Assembly: GCA_046753765.1 (NCBI GenBank)
Contig: JBHHUN010000002.1
Span: forward strand, 1,570-65,569
Direction: 5' to 3'
DNA from: Candidatus Dojkabacteria bacterium
GTDB lineage: Bacteria; Patescibacteriota; Dojkabacteria; B142; OLB20
Length of the DNA stretch: 64,000 nucleotides
The notes beneath the pieces are model-generated. The model did no database searches. It saw only the letters and a program-made list of their open reading frames with translations, and had not been told where the DNA came from. This document shows positions 19,304 through 28,395 of this stretch, in pieces. The translations under genes and the position numbers were made by a program. How positions within the stretch are numbered: position 1 is the first letter of the stretch; every line of letters begins with the position of its first letter.

Positions 19304-20350
19304 TTACCTGTTTGACAACATATATCTTGTACCTCTGCCCTTCCCCTCTACCTTGAGCAATTTCTTTTTCACAAGGGCGTTCAGGTCACGAAATGCAGTC
19401 ATTGTAGAGACGTCCATCATCTGAACGTAGTCTTCTCTTTTAACCGTCGGAATAGTTTGCAAGTAACGTAGTATCTTAAGCTGTCGTTTGTTTAAGTCAA
19501 GAAATGGCTGTTTGCTCGATCTGCTTTCACTTGGTTTATTTCGGTTGACTTCATCTTTTGTGTCTACCATGTCGTTTGCCAGATTACGTATGAACCTCTC
19601 AAGCCAAAGGGTCAGGTCATCATTGTGTTCAATTGCTTTTGACCAAGCCTCAAGATACTCATCTTCATAGATGTCAAAGTTTCTGGTTGATGGAAGAAAT
19701 GTTTTATCTAGATATCCATTTTTCTGAAGTAAGTAATCAGCTACTGAGATGACCGTGAGTTTATTAGCAACAATAAATGGCGAGACACGGATAAGCCTGT
19801 AAAGAAGTACCCCTACCCTAATCACATTGTGTACTTTTGCAATTGATGACTTATACCAGTCGAGCACCTGGAGCAGTTCGTCTTGGATAGCTATTGCTTC
19901 GATTCTGTTGTCCCTGAGATTTACCCAATTATCCAAAATGACATCAATGTCTTCCCCACCTGTTCGAAATTTTGACTCCCACGTCTCTTTCCAGTCAGAG
20001 AGGAGTATCTTGTTTAAATGGAGTAAAATGTTGATATCTATGTCGACGTAGGTGTCTGTGACGTTCGAACGAATGAATTCTATGCAGTTTCTGAAGTTAT
20101 TTAAAATGATACCCCTTGCGTCATCTGTCTTAACCTTTCGACCCTCAGCTGCTTTTTCAGCGTCTTTCAGTGTAAGCTCGACACCAATAATGTGTGCAAG
20201 GTGGAACATGTTTACAGCTTTGGATCTCAGCTGTAGATTTGTGGTTGCCTGAGTTGTTAGTTGCTGGCTCTCTATCTGACTTTTCTCAACCTCCAGCTTC
20301 ACCAGATTCATTACCATACGATTAGTGAGTGTGTATTTTGGTTCGTACAT
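19304..20350 (-). CDS. Fic/DOC-fold protein with degenerate catalytic motif and C-terminal winged-helix domain
   Basis: The region VLLYRLIRVSPFIVANKLTVISVADYLLQKNGY aligns to the Fic core (IHPFxDGNGRtaRll..L...Gy), but His, Asp, both Gly and Arg are replaced. The C-terminus ...KVEGKGRGTRYML is wHTH-like. Confidence 0.45.
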   Translation of the reverse strand: MYEPKYTLTNRMVMNLVKLEVEKSQIESQQLTTQATTNLQLRSKAVNMFHLAHIIGVELTLKDAEKAAEGRKVKTDDARGIILNNFRNCIEFIRSNVTDTYVDIDINILLHLNKILLSDWKETWESKFRTGGEDIDVILDNWVNLRDNRIEAIAIQDELLQVLDWYKSSIAKVHNVIRVGVLLYRLIRVSPFIVANKLTVISVADYLLQKNGYLDKTFLPSTRNFDIYEDEYLEAWSKAIEHNDDLTLWLERFIRNLANDMVDTKDEVNRNKPSESRSSKQPFLDLNKRQLKILRYLQTIPTVKREDYVQMMDVSTMTAFRDLNALVKKKLLKVEGKGRGTRYMLSNR

Positions 20351-20450
20351 GAAACATTTAGTCTGCTTTTATTAAAGATAACAAATGGGTGTCGTTAGCA
20401 TACCACAAAATGTTATGAGTAGTGAATGGTGGGAACAAAATCATTGTGGA

Positions 20451-21947
20451 CTAAGGATATATTTTCCGTTTCGCTGCATCGCGAAGTTGCCTGAGAAGCT
20501 CTTGATCCTCCTTTGTGCGTCGCCTTTTACGAAGTGCTCGACTGATTCCATACCCCATTCCAGCAGTAACTGCTGCTCCGCTACACAACGCCAGAAGAAG
20601 GAGTTCAATTTCATTGCCAGTTTCTGCCTTGTCTTTTTCTTCGACTTGATTGATTTCAACGGTGGGTAGCATTGTGGCTGGAATAGCGCTCACGGTAACA
20701 TGCTGTGTTGGCGTAGCAGTCATTGTAGGGTTTAGTGTGGCAGACACCGTTGGAAAACCGGTGTTGGTGGCAGTACTGGTGCTGGTTGAGGTTGGGGTTT
20801 CACTTGCAGTGCTCATAACTGTCGCTGTTCGTGTGGCAGTCTCGGTTGGTATCAATTGCGTGGCAGTTGGTGCAGGTACCATAAACAAGAGATCTGCGGA
20901 AGTGTAGCGTGGATTGACATCAGAGTTTTCTCCTTTTCTACCACCAACTAGGTGCATAGCAGAGATATTTCTACCAAAACGGGCGCTAAGCTGCCTGTCA
21001 ATTCGCTCTCCATCAGTGATTAAATAGTACAGAAGTTCCCAGTCTTCATAACCCCAGTGCATATATGGTTCTAACATCTGGTTGAGTCGACCTATTGCCC
21101 CCATTCCGGTTGTAAACTCACTGTAGCTTGCTCCGGCATCTGGAGTATCAACTAGGTATGTGTAACCGGATGAAACCGTACCATGCCATCCTTCGTGGAA
21201 AAGTTCTAACAGAGCGTGTTGAAGCACCTCAATATAATAGCGAAGTGTCCCGCTTTCGAATTGGTATACAAGCTGGTCAGGTGTACCTATTCCGTATTGT
21301 TGTAACTCACCAGTATTGAAACGAGGTAAAACAGTCTGGTTAAGAATACCGCCTTGGACGACTTCCTCTACAACTAATTGCGGGTAAATGCTGTCTGTAA
21401 AGACAATGTGATTGGAGTTGAGGATTGTTCTCCCACCTTCGTCGGTGCAAACCAATACAAACGGTGTTGTAGCGGTACTTCCATTTCTGTTGTGGACTGC
21501 CTCGTCGGCATCCTCACCACCAACACCAATGACAATGGAATTGATATATTCAGCTGTATCCCCTCGCATTTCTCCGCGTATCCAGTTGAGCGAATCCAGA
21601 AGTAAGTTATTCCATTCGTTTCCGGGTGTGAAAACGTCTGTTATGGGACTAATACCCAGTAGTGCTGCATCATAACCGTGTGCAGATGAACTAAACCTTC
21701 CAATATGGATAATCTGGTCCGGAAGGCTTTCTGGCTGAGTGGAAACACAAACTATCTGTGCCTCTTGGGTCTGTGTCGGCCCCTGTGCTTCCGCCTCCCC
21801 CAGAGGAGCCAGTAGCAACAACAGTGTTGTCATGGTAATCAAAGTGGTTGCACCCAGGGCGCGTCTCGTAGCAGCCATAAAGGCCTCTTTCTTAACGGTA
21901 TTTTTCGGTGGTGGGACCTCTCGAAAAGAGGTTGTTTCAATACCCAT
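20451..21947 (-). CDS. membrane-anchored surface protein with HExxH motif and Thr/Ser-rich linker (putative zinc metallopeptidase)
   Basis: Probable signal peptide from the internal Met (MAATRRALGATTLITMTTLLLLLAPLGEAEA). It has an HEGWH (HExxH) motif and a long T/S/A-rich low-complexity linker, then a C-terminal TM helix with an RKRRR stop-transfer and a cytoplasmic tail. GC is higher than in its surroundings. Confidence 0.4.
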   Translation of the reverse strand: MGIETTSFREVPPPKNTVKKEAFMAATRRALGATTLITMTTLLLLLAPLGEAEAQGPTQTQEAQIVCVSTQPESLPDQIIHIGRFSSSAHGYDAALLGISPITDVFTPGNEWNNLLLDSLNWIRGEMRGDTAEYINSIVIGVGGEDADEAVHNRNGSTATTPFVLVCTDEGGRTILNSNHIVFTDSIYPQLVVEEVVQGGILNQTVLPRFNTGELQQYGIGTPDQLVYQFESGTLRYYIEVLQHALLELFHEGWHGTVSSGYTYLVDTPDAGASYSEFTTGMGAIGRLNQMLEPYMHWGYEDWELLYYLITDGERIDRQLSARFGRNISAMHLVGGRKGENSDVNPRYTSADLLFMVPAPTATQLIPTETATRTATVMSTASETPTSTSTSTATNTGFPTVSATLNPTMTATPTQHVTVSAIPATMLPTVEINQVEEKDKAETGNEIELLLLALCSGAAVTAGMGYGISRALRKRRRTKEDQELLRQLRDAAKRKIYP

Positions 21948-22080
21948 AATATATACTTACTACATACTATATTATAGGGTATATGGTGATTTTTAACAAA
22001 GATTTGAATCCTTGAAAGGTATGCCTGTGGGGATAATTCGGAAAGTCCGAATTGCCGAATTATTGCACAGAAGTCCGATA

Positions 22081-22153
22081 AGCTGGAGGTGAGGATCGAA
22101 CTCACGACCTGTCCCTTACGAAGGGAATGCTCTGCCAGCTGAGCTACTCCAGC
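22081..22153 (-). tRNA. tRNA-Thr (CGT)
   Basis: Reverse complement GCTGGAGTAGCTCAGCTGGCAGAGCATTCCCTTCGTAAGGGACAGGTCGTGAGTTCGATCCTCACCTCCAGCT. The anticodon loop TCGTAAG gives CGT; CCA is not encoded. Confidence 0.8.
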
Positions 22154-22186
22154 GAAGAAATCGGGATGGCCTGGGGCAAAACAACA

Positions 22187-22372
22187 CTATTTCTCTTCTT
22201 CGATCATCTCCAGTAAATGATCACTTCCGTCTTTTCCTGTGACCTCATATTCGATTCCGCAAAATTCGCATTCAACCACATCGCCCTCTTTCAAGTCATC
22301 TGCCAGCTTCGTGTCGTTTTTACACTCCTGACAAGTTAGACTATGATTCTGTGTTTTCGTTTGCTCACCCAT
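22187..22372 (-). CDS. LysW-like zinc-ribbon mini-protein (amino-group-carrier-protein-like, non-canonical C-terminus)
   Basis: 61 aa. CQEC...N17...ECEFCGIEYEV mirrors LysW/ArgW (CPxC ... ECxxCGAELEV) with an acidic C-terminal tail, but it ends EEEK rather than EDWGE. Confidence 0.4.
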   Translation of the reverse strand: MGEQTKTQNHSLTCQECKNDTKLADDLKEGDVVECEFCGIEYEVTGKDGSDHLLEMIEEEK

Positions 22373-22401
22373 AAGTTATCAATTAATATGTAAAATCAAG
22401 C

Positions 22402-23340
22402 GTGCACCACGTTATAGTATGCAAGCTTATGAACAGTATATGGAATTATAACAAAATTGTAGATGTAGGTGAGCCATTTCGGCTAACACTTGGTGAAGGA
22501 TTCACACCGGTCACCCATATCGAAGTTGACGGGCTTGAGATCTGCCTGAAACTCGAAGACCGTAATCCTACGGGATCCTTCAAAGACAGAAGTCTGGCGT
22601 ACCAGCTATCCCATTATATAAGCCAAGGTAAGTGTAGCTTTGTAATTTCCTCGTCTGGGAATGCAGCGATCAGCGCCGTCGCATATGCAAATAAGGCTGA
22701 TGTAAAGTTGGACGTATTTGTTTCAACTAAAATTAACAAGGAGAAGTCAGGGATTCTTAAGGGTTTTGTCGACAAAAAGGTTGCGATCCACAAGGTCCAA
22801 CGACCTAAGTCTGAAGCAATTCAGTTTGCAAAAAAAAACGAAGCTGTGAACCTGCGTGGATCAACGGATGAGCACGCTGTAACCGGCTTCAAAACTATTG
22901 CTTATGATCTTTACGAGCAGTGTCCTGACTTAGACAGTGTATTTGTACCCTGTAGTAGCGGAACCGGATCAACGGGGATAAATAAGGGATTTGAAGAGCT
23001 GGATAAAGATGTGCAGCTTCATGTCTGCCAGACTACACGAATTCATCCCATAGCATCTGAAACAGATCAGGACTTCAAACCATCTAAGACCAGTCTGGCC
23101 GACGCAATCACTGACAGAGTAGCTAAACGCAAAAAAAGCCTACTGGAGTGTGTCGCTAAGTCGGGTGGTGCCGGTTGGGTGCTCAGCGACAGCGATCTCC
23201 ATAAGGCTCAATCTGCCATGGAAAAGGGTGGACTAGATGATATCTCGTATAACTCTCTTCTCTCTGTGGCAGGAATACTGAAAGCCAGAGAGTCAGGACA
23301 TGAGTTTGTAAAACCTGTAGCTGTTATTAGCGGAAGATGA
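22402..23340 (+). CDS. threonine synthase-like PLP-dependent (fold type II) enzyme
   Basis: LGEGFTPV...EDRNPTGSFKDRSLAYQLS carries the ThrC-type PLP-lysine motif (PTGSFKDR). It is short (about 300 aa; the start may be the internal MNSIWNY at 22429). Confidence 0.6.
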   Translation: MHHVIVCKLMNSIWNYNKIVDVGEPFRLTLGEGFTPVTHIEVDGLEICLKLEDRNPTGSFKDRSLAYQLSHYISQGKCSFVISSSGNAAISAVAYANKADVKLDVFVSTKINKEKSGILKGFVDKKVAIHKVQRPKSEAIQFAKKNEAVNLRGSTDEHAVTGFKTIAYDLYEQCPDLDSVFVPCSSGTGSTGINKGFEELDKDVQLHVCQTTRIHPIASETDQDFKPSKTSLADAITDRVAKRKKSLLECVAKSGGAGWVLSDSDLHKAQSAMEKGGLDDISYNSLLSVAGILKARESGHEFVKPVAVISGR

Positions 23341-23849
23341 TCTTAACAGTTTTTTATCTTGCCCTATTAGTTCTAATTTCGATCTATGGATTCTACTGGG
23401 TATACGGAGTCTTTAAGGGAGCGCCATATTATCCCAGTAATAAACATGCCATCGCACAGATGCTCGAGTTTGCTCAGCTAAAACCAGAGAGCAAAGTGGC
23501 TGAGCTTGGGTCAGGGGATGGTCGTCTTGCGATTAAGTTGGCAAAAGCCGGTTTCGAGGTAACCGCATATGAGATAAACCCCATTTTTACAATCATTACA
23601 AGGCTCATAGCAATGCTCAGGAGAGTGCCAAACTTAAAGATCAAACAGGAGGACTTCTTAAAAGCTGATCTGAGTAAGTATGACATCGTTGTAACTTACC
23701 TTTATCCGGGGATTATGCAAAAGCTTGAAAAAAAACTGTATAGTGAGTTGAAATCTGGGTCTTTGGTAATAACTAATACATTCAGTATGCAAAAGAAAAA
23801 ACCGCTAAAGAAGGGGGCGTCTAAGATTTTACTCTACAAAATTGACTGA
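23337..23849 (+). CDS. class I SAM-dependent methyltransferase with N-terminal TM helix
   Basis: Motif I VAELGSGDGRLAIKLAKAGFEVTAYEINP with an N-terminal hydrophobic segment. Its start overlaps the upstream stop. Confidence 0.6.
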   Translation: MILTVFYLALLVLISIYGFYWVYGVFKGAPYYPSNKHAIAQMLEFAQLKPESKVAELGSGDGRLAIKLAKAGFEVTAYEINPIFTIITRLIAMLRRVPNLKIKQEDFLKADLSKYDIVVTYLYPGIMQKLEKKLYSELKSGSLVITNTFSMQKKKPLKKGASKILLYKID

Positions 23850-25287
23850 CGATCAAACTGAAAAACTTATCGATAAAGTAAACCAACATCTAGGGGGTGA
23901 TGCTTACTTCTATCTGAGTAATGACCCCGAAAGGGGCTTAGGATTAGAGGGTCTGATTGATAACCTGCACCTGGTTCACATTGATCAAACGCAGCTGCTT
24001 CCCTACTTCAAAAGCAATGACATCAACTATTTTAGCCTTGAAGAGATACTTGGAACAGTGGGTTCGGTTTACAGAAGCTCAATCAAATTGATTAATCACG
24101 ACGAATTCAGGCGCTATTTCGCTGAACACAAAGGAAACGACAACTATTTCCAGACTTTCAAAATTTCACCTGCGTTTTCAAAAAGTGTGTCTAGTCTAGA
24201 GGGGGAACTCCTAAATACGTCTGCAGAGCTCAATAGAATGTTTGAAAACAAGCTAAGTCAGTATGAACAGATTAGAGACCTGGATATTAAAATGCCGAGA
24301 ACTGGCATTCTGAAGCTAGAAGATGCACTCTACCACGCACTGACAGGAACTTATGGATCTCCATTTATCGTTCAGTTTGACCGTGGACACACAGGAGGGG
24401 GCACCTTTTACATTGATTCGGAACCCAGGTTTGCTGAATTAAAAGAGCAGTTTCCAAAGCGTGAAGTCCGTGTCGCTGAATATATCTCAGGAAGACCGTA
24501 TACTCTGAACGCCTGTGTATCCAAAAAAGGAATATTTATGGGGGGGCTAAGCTTTCAAATCACGGGTGCTCCGGAGCTTACCTCTGACAGAGGGGCTACG
24601 GTTGGTAACGACTTTTCCTATAGAGACGGTATTACCCCTGAAGTACTCCTGAAAATTCAGCAGTTTGTGAAGTTAATCGGTGAAAAGATGCTCTCTTCTG
24701 GGTATCTTGGGTTGTTTGGGGTTGACCTGATTGTTCATAAAGATGATGTGAGGATAATAGAGATCAACGCCCGTCAACCAGCATCAATTCCTATGCATAC
24801 GAAAATTCAACTAGGACAAGGTCAGGTACCATTGGCACTCATCCATCTTCTTGAATTTATGGGGCTGGAGTATGATCTTGACGTAGAGGGATACAATGAG
24901 GTTGCATTTGCACCATCAGCGTACTCACAGATCTTCCTGAGAGCGAAGTCAGAATCCAGGCTTACTTCGCAGGTGAAGATGGGTATTTACAGGCTTCTTA
25001 GTGATAACAGCGCAATTGATCGTTTAAGTGGTGAGGTAGTAGAAGGTACGATATTTCTTGACGAAGACAGAGATAAACCGCTTATGTTTCAAAGTAATGG
25101 ATATACAGTTAGCGATCTTGACGAAAACCCCGGAATGTTGGTCATGGCACCAGTAAAGGGGCGAATAGTTAAAAAAGGAAGAGAGCTTGCTCGAATTCAG
25201 ATTGGACAGCAGGCAGTCGATAACAACGGTGAGCTTGCGCCGTGGATTCCAGAGGCGTTAAATGCAATTAACAATTACCAAATATAA
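23842..25287 (+). CDS. ATP-grasp family ligase with about 150-aa N-terminal pre-domain (substrate unknown)
   Basis: Central and C-terminal ATP-grasp signatures (PFIVQFDRGHTGGGTFYI; EYISGRPYTLN; GLFGVDLIVHKDDVRIIEINARQ). It overlaps the neighbouring genes at both ends. Confidence 0.65.
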   Translation: MTDDQTEKLIDKVNQHLGGDAYFYLSNDPERGLGLEGLIDNLHLVHIDQTQLLPYFKSNDINYFSLEEILGTVGSVYRSSIKLINHDEFRRYFAEHKGNDNYFQTFKISPAFSKSVSSLEGELLNTSAELNRMFENKLSQYEQIRDLDIKMPRTGILKLEDALYHALTGTYGSPFIVQFDRGHTGGGTFYIDSEPRFAELKEQFPKREVRVAEYISGRPYTLNACVSKKGIFMGGLSFQITGAPELTSDRGATVGNDFSYRDGITPEVLLKIQQFVKLIGEKMLSSGYLGLFGVDLIVHKDDVRIIEINARQPASIPMHTKIQLGQGQVPLALIHLLEFMGLEYDLDVEGYNEVAFAPSAYSQIFLRAKSESRLTSQVKMGIYRLLSDNSAIDRLSGEVVEGTIFLDEDRDKPLMFQSNGYTVSDLDENPGMLVMAPVKGRIVKKGRELARIQIGQQAVDNNGELAPWIPEALNAINNYQI

Positions 25288-26066
25288 TGAAACAGATTCT
25301 GAAGCTACCAAAAGCAGCCTACGATGTGATTGAAAACTACAAGTGCCTTAATATAGGTGGAAAAAAGATCCGCTCACCGTATTTTATGAATGTAAAGAAG
25401 CAACGCGGTGGACTAAGGGTGATGGTTGGCAAAGGATCCCCAGGCGAAATAGAGCGGGAGGTTCAGGTTATGGCGCAGCTGAAGGGTTTTGATTTAGCTG
25501 GTGCGGACGAGCAACAGATTCGAAAATTCATGCAAGACAGGGATATTGGCGTTGATTGCTCCGCTTTCACTGTACACGTGATAAGCAAGATACTCGAAGA
25601 GCAGGAGCATCACAATCCGGCGGCATACCTTAAGTTTAGGAATAATAGTCTTATCAGCAGAATAAGGAGGTATTTCAGGCCGGTTGAGAACATTAGTGCG
25701 GACCTGCTAACAAACGAAGACAATACCGAAAAAGTCATAGATCTCAACGATATCAAGCCTGGAGATTTTATAAGGCTTAAGGGTAAGCAGAGAAACTCTG
25801 ACCATATACTGATTATTTCAAAGGTAGTGCTTACAGATGATGTTATACAACAGTTTGAATACGTACATTCAACAAGAGAATATGGTGACGAGAATGGTAT
25901 CGTCACTGGAAGGGTTGAAGTTTCTCATCCTGACGGAGAGCTGAAAGATCAGAAGTGGGACGAAGAGAGGCAGTACAACAACTTGTTGAAGGATTATGAT
26001 GACAACGGAGTTAGAAGGCTTAGAAAGGTAACGATTGATTTTGACACTGAGAATGTGGCTGATTGA
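25287..26066 (+). CDS. NlpC/P60-like (papain-fold) cysteine hydrolase/amidase
   Basis: Candidate catalytic Cys in GVDCSAFTVHV and His in KPGDFIRLKGKQRNSDHILIISKV, which matches the PGDLvFF...HVGIYiG block of the C40 family. Confidence 0.45.
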   Translation: MKQILKLPKAAYDVIENYKCLNIGGKKIRSPYFMNVKKQRGGLRVMVGKGSPGEIEREVQVMAQLKGFDLAGADEQQIRKFMQDRDIGVDCSAFTVHVISKILEEQEHHNPAAYLKFRNNSLISRIRRYFRPVENISADLLTNEDNTEKVIDLNDIKPGDFIRLKGKQRNSDHILIISKVVLTDDVIQQFEYVHSTREYGDENGIVTGRVEVSHPDGELKDQKWDEERQYNNLLKDYDDNGVRRLRKVTIDFDTENVAD

Positions 26067-26179
26067 TTAGTAGCTCGCACGAGCGAAATAATTCCAGAGA
26101 TTGACCGATATAAGAGGCATTGTTTGTGTGAATTCTATATAATTGTGTTATAATAAGTCATATATCGTTAATATATACA

Positions 26180-27592
26180 ATGCCTAACCCAGATATACCT
26201 AATAATGGTGATACGAAGGATCTGTTACCTTCACCTTCAGCAAAAGTGTACACATTAGTTCATTCTCAGCAGGAAGCTTCTCCTATGGGAGCGGAGAATG
26301 CATCATTTCATGGCGGGATAGGACCATATACTGTCTCATGTGGTACAGATCGCGGGCGAAGGCGTTTTAATCAAGACGCATTTGAGTGGACCGAACTTAC
26401 TCTATCGACTCCAGGCACCGAAGCGCCGACATACGCACAAGTTCTATCACTTCTTGATGGTGCTGGAGGTCATTTTGGTGGTGAGCTTGCAGCAGCTATC
26501 GCTTCGTCTGTATTTCATGCAGAAACAATTAAAAATCCCAATGTGGAATCTGTAAGGGCCAATATGCTTGCTGCTCACAATGCAGTACGCAGTGTCAAAG
26601 ACGCTATACATGGGGCAGTAGTAAAAACAATAGAAGATACAATGCTTGGACTAAATGAAGAAGCAATAGCGCATCTATTTACAGTTGATCAAAGTAAGAC
26701 TGGATTTCATCCAAAACTGACCTCCGTATACAATATTGCAGCCGCGATGATAACTCAATCTCGCGATCTCAAGGTTAGGGAGCTTCCGGAGGACTCAGAT
26801 GACCACGCTCAAATTGTGCAGCGATTAACTAAGAACTATCCCAATCTTGTCGACAGAGGAAAACAGTATTTGAAGAATATCTATGAACAAGTCATACCCT
26901 ATATCTTTGAGCAGATAGAGTTGACACGAGCAGACTTCGAGGCTCAGCTCAAGGGCCCTCATCGAGAGATCATACTAGAACACATAGATAATTACCTGAC
27001 GCTTCAAACTGAAGCAAACGGGGTGTCAGAGGAAGAATACTTCGCTAGTCTCGTGAACCCATTAGAAGGCAACACATTAGATGGCATGTGCGCCGCAGGT
27101 GTAGCACTAATACAGATAGAAGATCATGTCTCCATACAGCATTCGGGTGATGTGCGGGCATACGTATTTCGAGCAAAAAAAGGCGAAGTTCACAGATGCA
27201 CCACTGATAACACAGCAGGTGCATACATCAGACAGTACCCATGTCCAGCAGTCGATCTTGTTGATGAAAAAGATAAGTACGATCCATATGATCCTGCCGC
27301 TGTCGAAGATGCTGCGAAAAAATACGATCACGTATTGATGGGGGCAGTGGGCTCTAACGATCCAGGGCTAAGAAGTGTTGATGTTGTCCTAGAACCTGGT
27401 GATAGACTGGTACTCAGCTGCGATGGTGCACATGAGTTCATCGATGAAGAGGAGCTCAAGCAGATACTGCAAAATGCCACCTCAGTTGAAAAGGCTCAGA
27501 GGCAACTCATTGAAGCGTCCCTCCGAAACGATACGACAGACAACACTACAGTCATTGTCACGCAATACTCCCCAGAACCGGAAGCTGTTTAG
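26180..27592 (+). CDS. PP2C-family Ser/Thr protein phosphatase (long form with insert)
   Basis: GTDRGRRRFNQDAF (TDxGxxRxxNED), LLDGAGGHFGGELAA (DGMGGH) and C-terminal GDRLVLSCDGAHEF. Confidence 0.7.
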   Translation: MPNPDIPNNGDTKDLLPSPSAKVYTLVHSQQEASPMGAENASFHGGIGPYTVSCGTDRGRRRFNQDAFEWTELTLSTPGTEAPTYAQVLSLLDGAGGHFGGELAAAIASSVFHAETIKNPNVESVRANMLAAHNAVRSVKDAIHGAVVKTIEDTMLGLNEEAIAHLFTVDQSKTGFHPKLTSVYNIAAAMITQSRDLKVRELPEDSDDHAQIVQRLTKNYPNLVDRGKQYLKNIYEQVIPYIFEQIELTRADFEAQLKGPHREIILEHIDNYLTLQTEANGVSEEEYFASLVNPLEGNTLDGMCAAGVALIQIEDHVSIQHSGDVRAYVFRAKKGEVHRCTTDNTAGAYIRQYPCPAVDLVDEKDKYDPYDPAAVEDAAKKYDHVLMGAVGSNDPGLRSVDVVLEPGDRLVLSCDGAHEFIDEEELKQILQNATSVEKAQRQLIEASLRNDTTDNTTVIVTQYSPEPEAV

Positions 27593-27622
27593 CACTTGAC
27601 GATTCTTTCTGCTAAGTGCTAT
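27589..27622 (+). promoter_or_regulatory. CIRCE-like inverted repeat (HrcA operator candidate) upstream of hrcA
   Basis: TTAGCACTT-N16-AAGTGCTAT lies 28 bp before the hrcA start. The half-sites match the CIRCE TTAGCACTC/GAGTGCTAA consensus but the spacer is longer than the canonical 9 nt. Confidence 0.4.
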
Positions 27623-27649
27623 AGTTGACCCATTCTCAGTTGAAGTGAA

Positions 27650-28372
27650 ATGACTCCACGACAATCCAGGCTGCTCAAGGCGATTATTGATGAGTTTATT
27701 CAAACAGCAGATGCTGTTGGCTCCGTCAATCTGGCTAATAAGTATAGACTCGGAGTGAGCCCAGCCACTATCAGAAATGAAATGGCCAACCTGGTGAAGA
27801 GCGGATATCTCCAAAAACCACATTCGTCTTCAGGGAGAGTACCGACAAATATGGGCTTCAAGTACTTCATTGATAAACTCCTCAGAGAACTTGATGACCT
27901 TGGGATAGAGAGCTCCAATAGGATTCGCGAGCAGTTATTTCAATCACGGTTTGATAAGGATAAATTGATATACAAGGCTGTTAACGCCCTCTCCAACGAA
28001 AGCAAAGCACTTGCTTTGGTGTTACTGGGTAACAGAGCTTATTACGCAGGTATCTCGCGATTACTTGATCAGCCGGATTTCAACTCAAGGGATGAGCTAA
28101 TCGAAATTCTTAAAATCATTGAAGACCAGGCCTTATTGCACAAGGTATTTGAAAAATATCGAGGCAAGAGGGCGATCAGGATTCTAGTTGGAGAAGACAC
28201 AGGCCACGGTTCTCTGGCCAACGTTGCACTCATATTCAGCCCTATAAAGCTTCACGGTGACAGGAGAGGTTATCTTGCTTTGGTGGGCCCAAACAGAATG
28301 AATTATGCACGTAACATTCCACTGATCGAGTTTATTTCAGCCAATCTAAACGAGGTTGTGAGCGGCTGGTAG
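27650..28372 (+). CDS. hrcA: heat-inducible transcription repressor HrcA
   Basis: N-terminal wHTH (LLKAIIDEFIQTADAVGS...ISPATIRNEMANL) and the hrcA-grpE-dnaK order. Confidence 0.85.
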   Translation: MTPRQSRLLKAIIDEFIQTADAVGSVNLANKYRLGVSPATIRNEMANLVKSGYLQKPHSSSGRVPTNMGFKYFIDKLLRELDDLGIESSNRIREQLFQSRFDKDKLIYKAVNALSNESKALALVLLGNRAYYAGISRLLDQPDFNSRDELIEILKIIEDQALLHKVFEKYRGKRAIRILVGEDTGHGSLANVALIFSPIKLHGDRRGYLALVGPNRMNYARNIPLIEFISANLNEVVSGW

Positions 28373-28395
28373 AAGTATTTCACAAGAGATAATAC

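Noticed and set aside
22187-22372. Calling the 61-aa protein a bona fide LysW
   Set aside because: The zinc-ribbon core matches, but the diagnostic C-terminal EDWGE is replaced by ...EMIEEEK. It is kept only as 'LysW-like'.
26100-26160. Extended -10-like TGTTATAAT (26146-26154) upstream of the PP2C gene
   Set aside because: Plausible promoter element, but it has no good -35 and AT-rich intergenic DNA produces such matches by chance. Not reported as a feature.
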